From the NCBI GenBank assembly GCA_964016885.1, contig OZ024741.1:167276001-167340000 (forward strand): 64,000 bases of DNA. Reading direction: 5' to 3'. The notes under the pieces are model-generated. The model saw nothing but the letters and a program-made list of their open reading frames with translations, was not told where the DNA came from and did no database searches. Positions 53,506-64,000 of this stretch are shown in pieces. How positions within the stretch are numbered: the first letter of the stretch is position 1; every line of letters starts with the position of its first letter. The translations under genes were made by a program, and so were the position numbers. This DNA is from Eledone cirrhosa (Eukaryota).

Positions 53506-53533
53506 ATATATGATGATGATGATGATGATGATG

Positions 53534-53568
<35 letters not shown>

Positions 53569-53630
53569 TACATATATGATGATGATGATGATGATGATAT
53601 ATATATATATATACACATATATATATGTGA
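53188..53630. repeat. Compound (TA)/(TG)/(GAT) microsatellite
   Basis: Directly visible. Confidence 0.95.
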
Positions 53631-54536
53631 GTATATGCTTGTGCATCCATGTGTGGACCACCCCCAACAATACACGATCACACACCTGCACATGAACACA
53701 CACTCACACACACTCTGACTCCCACGCATGCATGCAGTTGACCCTGTACTCACAGGGTCAGCTAACACTACTAATAGTCACTAACCCTTCATAACTATGG
53801 CTAGAATACCTGCATAATTTGCAACTAACATAATTAACATTACTAACTCACCCCACCGCACATACTTGCGCATATATATATATGTGTGTGCTTGTAAATC
53901 TGCAAGTGCACGCATCACCAACTCTAGCACCACCACCACCACCACCACCACCACAAGCAGTATATGTACACACAACCATGCACACCATCACCTTTGCCAC
54001 TACCACCACCATCACCGCCAATACCACCATACCATTCGCCCTGGCACCGCCCACTCTGTCTCACCAATTTTCTCCCACACCCAGCACTTTATCTATCCAC
54101 TCCCTCACTCAGAACACACTTTCAACCTCCGTCCCACACACTCTATTTAACCACTGGATATAACCCACCACTACCACCCTCTAGTCAGACTTTAGAACTC
54201 TGCCACCACCATCTCCCACACACGTACACACACACACCTATACACTTCCTGTGGTTACCACTACCCACAATTCCTTTCTCTTCCATTCTACACACATAGC
54301 CATTACATTCTTTGGACTTACCAACCTTGAATTGAAACCCATCTCGGACCATACTGGATACAAAAACCAACCCCACCCCTTCCATACACTCGCACACATG
54401 CATACACCAAAACATGCCACCACACAATACACACACATACTAACACACACACACGTGCACAAGTGCATACACAGGCATATGGGTGTATGTGTATGTACAA
54501 GCGAAACCTACAGTCAGTAGGCACCTCTTAACCAAA

Positions 54537-54885
54537 TCATTTCATTTTACGTCATTTCATTTTACGTCCGCTTTTTCCCTGCTTGCAAGGGTGGAACGGG
54601 AACTGATTCTGGCTTGATTTCTACAGCTGGATGCCCTTCCTAACACCAACCTCATTTACAGTGAGTGCTGGGTGCTTTTTTTTGCTGTGGCACCTCCACA
54701 ACCACTTTGCAGTGGAATGATAGGGACCCCAGTCCCTATCATCTCATTTCTACAGCTGAGTAAACTGGAGCAATGTGAAATAAAGTGCCTTGCTCAAGGA
54801 AACAACACATCACCCGGTCTGAGAATTGAACTCACAACCTTTCGATTGCAAGGCCAATGCTCTAACCACTAAGCCATATGCCTCC
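54537..54885 (-). mobile_element. Family A SINE with the RTE-C-type tail
   Basis: Collinear with 3307-3645. Confidence 0.87.
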
Positions 54886-55651
54886 ATATACACCCCAATC
54901 AACTACCCCTACCCTATCCTCCCACTCCCACCAACATCACCCTCCCTCTGTAAAGTTGGTACCACAACATCCAGTCCAAATAAATGAGATAATGAGATTG
55001 TGTAGGTGTCACAACAAAAAATCATACAGTCCATGCTGTAATGTGGTTGTGTAGGTAACACAGTAAAAAGTTCCCAGTCCACACTGTAAATGTGGTTGGT
55101 GTTAGGAAGGGCATCCAGCCGTAGAAAACCTGCCAGACAGCCCCATATGAGCGAAACATGGTCCTTCGACCAGCCTTGCCTCAAGTGGGACAACCCATGC
55201 TAGCATGGAAGATGGACGTTAAATGAATATGATGATTATGATGATGATACATGTATGTGTTTGTGTGCATATTTATGTGTGTGTGTGCACATGTGCAGAC
55301 ACATGTGTACACATTCACACATACACACACACTTCCAACAACACCCTTAACACACACACATGCACACACACATCATAATATGCACCCCACCTATGTACAA
55401 CCACCAACTACACATCTGCACCCCTCACTGCATGTCAGACCACTCCCTCACCCATTACTACTACCCCTCCCCTCTTTATTTTCTTTGTAATTTTATTTTT
55501 AAGAACTTTTTTGCATTTTTCCTTTTGTATTTTTCCTGATAAAAGGCAAATGCGCGATACGTTGACTATGTAACTCACTCTTTCTTTTAAGCATGAAACT
55601 AATATGACTTTATGTTAATGTATCCTCTTGTTTGTTTATTTCTTGTTTCTT

Positions 55652-55689
<38 letters not shown>

Positions 55690-55691
<2 letters not shown>

Positions 55692-56135
55692 TAGACCTGA
55701 AAAATGCGCAAGCTCAAAAGAGCCACAGAATGTTATAATAAACCTTCAAAGGTGTGGGACTAGAGTTGTTGCTCAAAAATATTGTAATCATTATCTATCG
55801 TACACTCTGTGGCATCCTTTTATAAAAAAGAGACTCATAACGAACTCAAGACGACACGATAATTATTTAAGCTAATGTTCAATATCTCATATTAGATGTT
55901 TAGTAATGATTAATACGAAATGCACTTAAACCGAATTCTATATTATAAATTCACTTAAATAATTATCGTGTCGTCTTGAGTTCGTTATGAGTCTCTTTTT
56001 TATAAAAGGATGCCACAGAGTGTACGATAGATAATGATTACAATATTTTTGAGCAACAACTCTAGTCCCACACTTTTGAAGGTTTATTATAACAGTCTGT
56101 GGCTCTTTTGAGCTTGCACATTTTTCAGGTCTAGT
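55690..56135. repeat. Inverted repeat: 182-bp arms with an 82-bp spacer
   Basis: 55690-55871 is the reverse complement of 55954-56135, with three mismatches seen. Confidence 0.95.
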
Positions 56136-56497
56136 TTAATATTTTTTTAAGGCAACGCTTGTAATAACTCTAGTTAAATATGATATATATTAATAATAAA
56201 TTATCGTTGTAATTTAATTAGATTATATAATTGCTATTTTATAAATGATCTTATAAATATTATTGTAAGATGTATAAAAATATTTTCAGACTTTTAATAT
56301 AAATAACTACAAAAAACAATCAATATTAAATAAATATATTTTACATAATAATTGTTATAGTTGAATTAATAAAAATTAAATATTACATACAAATAGTCTA
56401 ACATAATAATAATAAAATAATCTAACATAATAATAATAAAATAATCTAACATAAAACGAACAATAATATGGACAAATATACAAGTAAATATGATGAA

Positions 56498-57655
56498 GAT
56501 CATCATCATCACCGTTTTACGTCCGTTCTTCCATGCTAGCATGGGTTAAACGGGTTGTCCTGTAGTGGGCAATGTCTGGTCGGCTGACCATGCCTTGCTC
56601 ATACAGGAACTGATTTTGGCTTGATTTCTACAGCTGGATGCCCTTCCTAACACCAACCTCATTTACAGTGAGTGCTGGGGGCTTTTTCCATGGCGCCTAC
56701 ACGTCCACTTTACAGTGTGGGCTGGGTGTTTTTTTGCCGTAGCACTTCCACGACCACTTTGCAGTGGGAGGGTGTGGGAGCATATTGTCTATATGCTTCA
56801 GCTTGTACCCATGGGAGGTCGGGTACTCTGTATTACTGCATGACGCCAGAGGTCACGGTCGTGTGTCATCGCCTTTGAGAGGTGTAATTGGGTAAGGTCG
56901 GCTTTTATCACCCCATCCCAGGTCTTCTTGGGTCTCCCCACTCCGCGGTTTCCATTGACTTCTAGTGCTCTGCACCTTTTTATCCAGATGTCATCCTTCA
57001 TACGCATCACATGTCCATACCAACGCAACCGCCTCTCCTGCACACAGCATTTGATTCCTCTTATGCTCAGTCTCTCTCTCAATTCATTTATGCTTTGCAG
57101 TTCGCGTATATTACGATTACCCATCCATCGGAGCATGCAGGTTTCGTTTCTTTCTAATCTACGTAAGTCTTCCACCTTCAGCGCCCAGGTCTCACTACCA
57201 TGTAACATTGCCGTTCGGATACACGTATCATACAGTCTGCCTTTCATTTTGAGGGAAAAGCCTTTTGCAGCTAATAGTGGCAGTAGTTCCCTGAACTTCT
57301 TCCATCCCGTTCTTACCCTAGTTATTGTACTTTCTGAACACCCACCTCCGCTGCTAATTCGGTCACCTAGGTAGCAGAAGCTGTCTACTGTTTCTACAGA
57401 GCCCTCCCAGAGATTGGTGGCACTTGTTTCCTGTGGCTGTTTGCTGCTTGCTGTCCCAGCACAGCTGCTACATGTGAAGCCTACATTCTTAATTAAGCTT
57501 CCTGAGATCTCGCTACATCTCTTGTGTACCCATTGTTTGCATTTGGGGCAGAGAATGGAGTTCCTACCTACACCTTTCCTACATACTGAGCAAGGCCATT
57601 TCCCTGAGGGGATCTGGGTTCTGTTTTCTCATCTACTTACAAGGACCTTAGTCTT
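56498..57655 (-). mobile_element. 5'-truncated RTE LINE (subfamily B)
   Basis: KTKVLV..GKWPCSVCRKG..FCYLGD..MKGRLYDTCIRTAMLHGSETW..RRLRWYGHV..; 3' UTR and (ATG)n tail. Confidence 0.95.
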
Positions 57656-57747
57656 TGAGACCTATTATAAGCATGTTATAACGAACTGAAAAAAAATAGT
57701 TAATATAAATTTTAAAAAATCATATATAAATTAACAATATAACTTAC

Positions 57748-57910
57748 CAAAACGAGAAAAATATTTTGATGATAAAAGACGAAATACAGGAGGAAGATTC
57801 GAAAGCGAAACGATAAGTAAACGTGCAAACAAAATGGCGGATGCTTTTGAGTAACAATTATTCTCGCTGGTTGATTAGTCAATAAGACCATGAAATTAGC
57901 CAATAAGACG
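57748..57910 (-). promoter_or_regulatory. Probable core promoter and non-coding first exon of a minus-strand gene
   Basis: CCAAT box (agccaataag, 57898-57907), YY1 motif CCGCCATTTTG (57830-57840), CpG-retaining pyrimidine-rich leader, donor TTG|GTAAGT at 57748/57747. Confidence 0.55.
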
Positions 57911-58415
57911 ATACATTACAAAACATGTTTGGTAGGGATCACCACGGCCAGCGACACCCCTTGAATATTTTATTCACAAGCTGCCCATATATGTCAGACA
58001 CGCAGACTTAAAACATTCTGTTGTTAGTCACTGCGTGTCTAACAGATACACATACACACACACACTCACACACACACACACACATATATATATACTTTTC
58101 ATAAAATCGTAGGAATCTCAAACATGAAAATAGGTGTGAAACTGCCAGATGCTGAATAAATAGCAAAGGGGTCGGGTTAAAATATAACTTCTTATGAACG
58201 TGGGGGGAGGGGGGATAGTCAGGACGGTCAGAGGAGAAGAGAGAGAAAGAGAATGGAAGGTATAGAGCGTAAAGGATATGATGAAAGATGGGTAGCGATC
58301 AACTGTGTAGAGTACACATTAATATGAGGTCTGTACCTTGTTGAGTGCTTGGCTGCACTGCTGAAGGCATTTGTTGGCTTAGCTGCTGCTCGAACTTCGA
58401 ATATGCTGTACTTTC

Positions 58416-58457
<42 letters not shown>

Positions 58458-59368
58458 CAAAGTCTCCCAAAGGGATGATTTTTAGCTGTCTTATTCATTG
58501 AGATGTTTTGCATATTAATGACAAAATTGATTGGAAAATAAAAATACAAACGAAGGAAACAGAATTCCAGGGTCATCCGCCATTGAGGTGCGCTTTGGTA
58601 GTTTGGACCCCTATCAACAGTTGACAGACAAAACATTAATCTATAGCAATTAAGCTACAACAAGTACATGGAGAGGTTAATGACCTTAAGAAACCTGTTG
58701 CTTATATCCTTGACAATGAAAAAAAGAACAAATGAAAACAAATTAATAGATGTGTGTGTTGAAAGAGATTCGGCTGCTGTTTCTGTTTCTTGTTCGATTG
58801 TGAATTGTATTGTGTGTGTATTGGATCTATTAGTTCCAATGACAAGTGTTGCAGATATTTGATCAATGGAACAGCATGATTGTGAAATTAATTTGCAAAT
58901 GGCTGAGTATTCAATAGTCTCATGTATCCTTAACATAATCCTCCAAAAGATTCAGTGTGGCACAGTGTGTGACAAACCTGGCTCTTTGAATCACTGGTAC
59001 AATTTATCTGACAGGCTTCCAAACAGTTTCCATCGACCCAATTTCACAAAAGCTACAGTAAATGATACTTGCACAAGATGCTACACAGTGAGATTGAAAC
59101 TGGGATCTAATGATTGCGGAGCAAACTTCTTAACCATTTATTTGCTCATGTTGTGTTCACACTAGCCATCAATCACAAACTTGTGTGGCCACTGTGTTGG
59201 CTCAAGACCAAAACCACATGCCCAATCCCTGTTACAGAAAACATTCACTAAACACAAATGTATTCTAACTTGTTCTACTCACTAACCTAGTCTATGTTTA
59301 CACTGTGAAGGATTAGAAAGTATTACACACATTCAACTTATGCCAACTCATGAAAATACTGGCATAAA

Positions 59369-59970
59369 ATGATGATGTTGATGACAGCAATGGTATTGAA
59401 GATGACGGTGGTGGTGGTGGTGGTGGTGACGGTGGTGGTAATGGCAGTGGCAGTGGTGGTGGTGACGGTGGTGGTTTTGGTGGTGGTATTGGTGGTGGTG
59501 TTAATGGTGGTTTTGGTGGTGGTAATTGTGATGGTGGTGGTGGTGGTGGTGGTTTTGGTGGTGGTGATTGTGGTGGTGGTAATGGTGGTGGTGGTGGTGG
59601 TGGTGGTGGTGTTGATGGTGGTTTTGGTGGTGGTAATTGTGGTGGTGGTGGTGATGGTGGTGATGATGGTGATGGTGGCAGTGGTGTTGATCGTGGTGGT
59701 GGTGGTGGTGGCAGTAATGATGGTGATGGTAGCGGTGGTATTGATGGTGGTGGTGGTGGTGGTAGCAGCGATGATGGCGATGAGGATAATGATATTGATG
59801 ACAACAACAATGACATTGATTGTAATGGTATTGATTGCGTTGGTGGTGGCGGTTGTCGTTGTCATCATCGTTGTTTTAATCATGGAGATGGTGATGGTGG
59901 AGGTGGTAGTTATGGTGGGTTGAGATGGTGTTGATGACAATGAGGATATTGACTGTGATGATGAGGATGA
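59369..59970. repeat. Degenerate (GGT/GAT)n trinucleotide repeat
   Basis: Directly visible; gives the poly-P, poly-T and poly-V ORFs. Confidence 0.95.
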
Positions 59971-60630
59971 TGGTCCTAAGCTAGCACAGTGTTGGCCAGA
60001 AACCACATTCTTTCAGAAGAAGACAAGAAAAGCTGACATGACTTGTTTTTCTTTGTGTTGAATCAATATGAAAATATACAGGACTTATATAAATTAATAA
60101 TGAACAAGATTTTAAAGGAAACAGCAGCAATAAAAATAATAATAATTTAGGCACAAGGCCAGCAATGTTTGGGAAAAATCAATTAAATCGACCCCAGTAC
60201 CTAATTGGTAATTTATTTTATCAACCTCAGAAGGATGAAAGGCAAAGTTAACCTCAACAGGATTTGACCTCAGATCATAAAAAGACAGAACAAATGCCAT
60301 GAAGTATTTGTCCAACATTCTAATGATACTGCCACTCCACTGCCCAATACTAATAATGGCTTCTAATTTTGGTAGAAAGCCAGCAATTTGGGGAGAGGGA
60401 AGAATCAATTACATCTACCCCAGTACATAACTGGTATATTATTTTATTGACCCCAAGATGATAAAAAGCAAAGTTGTCCTTGGCAGGATTTGAACTCTAA
60501 ATTATACTTTATATACCTCTACACTTCCTATATATGCAACATCAAGTTAAACAAATTATATTTACAAAAAATACATTTCTTCTTGTAAGTAATATGCTTC
60601 TATGACAAAAAGCAACTACCCACTCACTTA

Positions 60631-60841
60631 TCATATATACTCGAATATAAGCTGAGGATTATGCAATAAAAAAATTGACAATAAAATGGAGGGAGGCAAC
60701 TTATATATGCCCTCTAAATAATGTGTTGATTAGCAGCCTTGGCTTATAAATGGAGTTTGGATTTTTGCCCATTTCTCAGACATAAAATAGGAACGGGAGG
60801 GTGGCTTATATTCAGATTAGATTATATTGGAGTATATATGG
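60631..60841. mobile_element. pogo/Tc2-like MITE
   Basis: TA-tcatatatactcgaatataa..ttatattggagtatatatgg-TA. Confidence 0.6.
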
Positions 60842-61659
60842 TACCTTCTTTTATCCCAGGTCTCAGGTAGTAATTGGCAAGTGATTGTATAAAACCTATG
60901 AGAGAAGAAATAATAATTGTTTCTACTTTAGGCACAAGGCCAGCAATTACCCAGTGCATTACTGGTACTTTATTTTATCGACCCCGTAAGGATGAAAGGC
61001 AAAGTCAAACTCGAGAAGAGAAGAAATAATAATGGTCTGATTTAGGTACAAGGCCAGTAATTTAACGGGAGGGGAAAGTCGATTGAATCAACCCCAGTGC
61101 GAGACTGGTACTTTATTTTATCGACCCTTGGCAGGATTTGAACTCAGAACATAAAGGGCCGTAACTCTATGCCGTGAAGCATGATGTCCAACGCTCGACC
61201 AATACTGCCAATCCACTGCCCTGAGAGAGAGGAAATAATAATAACAATGCTTTCTAATTTAGGCATATATATATATAGTGTATATATATAGCAATTTAAG
61301 GGAAACGATATGCTGATTCAATTGAGTCCAGTACTTGACTGGTATTTTATTTTATTGACCCTAGAAAGATAAAAGGCAGAATTTGAACTCAAAATTTAAA
61401 GAGCCATAACTAAATACTGTAAGGTATTTTCTCTGACACTCTAATAATTCTGTCAAGCCAATGCAATAATAATTCTTTCTAGCATTGGCACAATGCCAGC
61501 TAAATGGGGGAAGGAGAAAGTCTATCAATCTCAGAAGGATGAAAGGCAAAGTTGGCCTTCTTGTGACACTAAACTCCGCCAGTTGTAGACTGCACATCAA
61601 TATGTGATATCTCTCTCCACAAAGTTTGATGACCAACAGCAGAGTTCAAAGAGCAAAGA

Positions 61660-62062
61660 TCAAGTCAAGTCCATAAGTTGACATTGTGAAGCCATCATTT
61701 GGCTGCCAGCCTCTGCTTCTCTTACCAGGCGTAACCTACTCACATCACAAGTTGATCTTTTTATATGGCCGTATACTTTGAGTACTCTTGACTTGACAAT
61801 TGATGTAATTGGTCTAAGTTTGGTAATGTTGAGCAGTTCACTGATACAGATACGGTCGCTGAACCGCTTGCCTATCATAAGTCTCATGATGTGGTTCTGG
61901 AATAGAAAGAGCTTCTGAAGTGACCTTGTCGTCCAATTAACACAGTCAAGACCATATAACACAACTGGTAGGATGTAAGTATCAAAGATCTTAGCCTTCA
62001 AATGGTAGGAAACTCGTTTTGACGTTAGTACTTCCCTGTTCTTGTTGAAAGCTGTCCAACCT
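61660..62062 (-). mobile_element. RTE-type LINE C-terminal fragment
   Basis: GWTAFNKNREVLTSK..LKAKIFDTYILPVVLYGLDC..LKVYGHIKR. Confidence 0.8.
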
Positions 62063-62405
62063 TGGCCTTTGTGGGATTTGAACTCAGAATGTAGAAAGTC
62101 ATAACTAAATACTGCCAAGCATATTCTCCAGTACTCTACTGATCCTGTCAATCCACCATCCTCCCAATCCGCCACCCTCTCCAATGTAATAATAATAATA
62201 ATTGTTTCTACTTTTGGCACAAGGCCAGCAATTACCCAGTAATAATGATTGTTTCTGATTTAGGCACAATGCCAACAGTTTGAAAGGAAGTGGGAAAGTC
62301 AATTAAACTGACCCAAATGCATTACTAGTACTTTATTTTATTGACCTCATAAGGATAAAAGGCAAATCTAACCTCAGCCAGTTTTGAACTCAGAACATAA
62401 AAAGA

Positions 62406-62690
62406 ATGAAAACAAACCTCCAGAATGCCATGTTAAAACGATGGGAAGGAAAACCCTTACATGGCCAATATCCAAAAAAGTTGAATAGAGAGGAAGTTGA
62501 CAAGCAAAACTGGCTGCAAAGCATTGGACTAAAAGCCAAGACAGAAGAATTTCTAATTGCAGCACAAGATCAAAGCCACCTCACCAGAAGTACATAATGA
62601 AGCAGAACACAGTATGTAACTGTAGAATATGTGGAGGTGGGAAGAAACAATTAACCACATTATCTCTGGCCACCCAGTCTTAGCCTAAAA
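62406..62690 (+). mobile_element. R4/Dong-clade non-LTR retrotransposon fragment
   Basis: WEGKPLHGQY..VDK..WL..GLKAKTEEFLIAAQDQS..TR, then CRIC..ETINHIISG zinc-knuckle remnant. Confidence 0.8.
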
Positions 62691-63945
62691 GGAACTCTAT
62701 GCCAGGAAGCATGGTGTCGGACGCTCTACCAATACTGCAATGATAATAATAATTTCTTACATAAAGCATAGGGCTAGAAATTTGAATGAGAGGAACAGTC
62801 ACTTGAATTGACTCCAGTATTTAGCTGGTACATTACTTTATTGATCCCAGAAAGATGAGAGCTAAAGTTGATCTCAGTTGGATTTAAACTCAGCACATAA
62901 AGAATCTTAACTAAATACTGAAATTCATTTTGGCTGACACTCTAACAATTCTAGCAAATAATAATGATTTTTTTACATAGGAATTAGACCAAAAATCTAG
63001 GAGAGCAAAACAGTCTATTAAAGTTATGTATATGTATGTGTATCTGTATGTGTCTATGTTTACATTTGTGTCTGTTTACATCCTGTAGCTTAGTAGTTGG
63101 ACAAAAATAAGTGTCAGACATAAAAATATAAGTACTGGAGTCAATATGATTGACTGAAATCTCCTTAATCCTTTAGCATTTACATTACTCTATATTTACT
63201 CTTGTATTTTCACGCTAAACACTTTATCTTATATAATTATCTACGAGTCTATGAGATTTTGATATTATTATTTTGAGAACAATACCTTAACATCAGTATA
63301 AGCACTGGTTATGGCCAGTTTGAACAGAAAGAAGTGATAGAATTCTGGCCGGATAGGGCTGGTTTAAATGCTAAAGGGTTAAGGTGGTTCCCAGCATAGC
63401 TGCAGTCTTGTGACTGAAGCCAGTAAAAGAGTGAGACAATGAAACAATACTGGACATGGGTTTGAATCTGGAAAATTCCTCTCCAAGCACAAGCTAAGGC
63501 TAGATGCTTTTTTGTGGAAGGTCAGCATACTAATCTCCCCCTCTCCATGCCACAGATATTATCCAAAGGAAAGGCAAAAGCCAATACTGCTGGGAATCAG
63601 TGTCGTTGTAACTCACATATGCACCATATATACACTATAATTAGATCATTGGATCATTAGTCATTAGATCATTGGATGTTTGTTCCAGGTCTTAGCATTC
63701 TGAGTTTAAATCCTGCTGATGCCCACTTTGCCTTTCATCCTTTTAGAATCAATTAAAAAAAAAAAACCCAGCCCAGTGCTGGTGCAGCCCTCACTCTTCC
63801 CTGTTGTCATACCCAAGATGTGCCACTGGATCACGAGGGTGTTTATCTGCTCGCAACTGCATGGGCACCTAAAACCCTTAGAGAAAGCACTGCACATACT
63901 ACCAAGTCATACTTAGTTGTGAGTGATGGTGATAGTAGTAATAGT

Positions 63946-63976
<31 letters not shown>

Positions 63977-64000
63977 ATAGTAGTAGCAGCAGCAGTAGTA

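Larger units (their letters stand above)
60135..62960 (-). mobile_element. Dense co-oriented cluster of about ten family B SINE copies or fragments
   Basis: Recurrent ggcacaaggccagc..ggatgaaaggcaaag..gatttgaactcag separated by (AAT)n. Confidence 0.8.

Noticed and set aside
55530-55570. ctgataaaaggcaaatgcgcgatacgttgac, resembling a PLE 3' hammerhead; a weaker one lies near 33970-34005
   Set aside because: Both core boxes are mutated, so it is too decayed to call.
57834-57854. Plus-strand ATGGCG start codon
   Set aside because: It reads MADAFE* with no good donor, and is better explained as a YY1 motif.
59313-60006. Extensin-, mucin- or poly-Val-like ORFs
   Set aside because: This is a degenerate trinucleotide repeat, open in several frames, with no splice or domain support.

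Overview
AT-rich, microsatellite-dense animal DNA. It is most likely from an octopod cephalopod, because it holds a decayed protocadherin of the octopus type and CORE- and Meta-type tRNA-SINEs. I find no intact protein-coding gene. The window is a layered set of mobile-element remnants: several RTE LINE subfamilies, CRE- and R4/Dong-clade fragments, two Penelope-like elements (PLEs), two non-autonomous Helitrons, an internally deleted Merlin transposon, piggyBac-, Tc1-, pogo- and hAT-like MITEs, three SINE families and a 5S rRNA copy. There is also a probable promoter and first exon of a minus-strand gene near 57.8 kb. The most notable hidden signal is a set of type I hammerhead ribozymes. Two lie in a ~440-bp non-coding unit found at two loci as partial tandems with an inverted 5' end and a conserved octamer motif, which makes it a candidate retrozyme or PLE-mobilised element. 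Four more unrelated hammerhead-like motifs occur, three beside or inside inverted repeats and one with a U3:A8 core variant. All calls come from reading the sequence by eye. Family names come from recalled motifs, not database searches, and the boundaries of old repeats are approximate.
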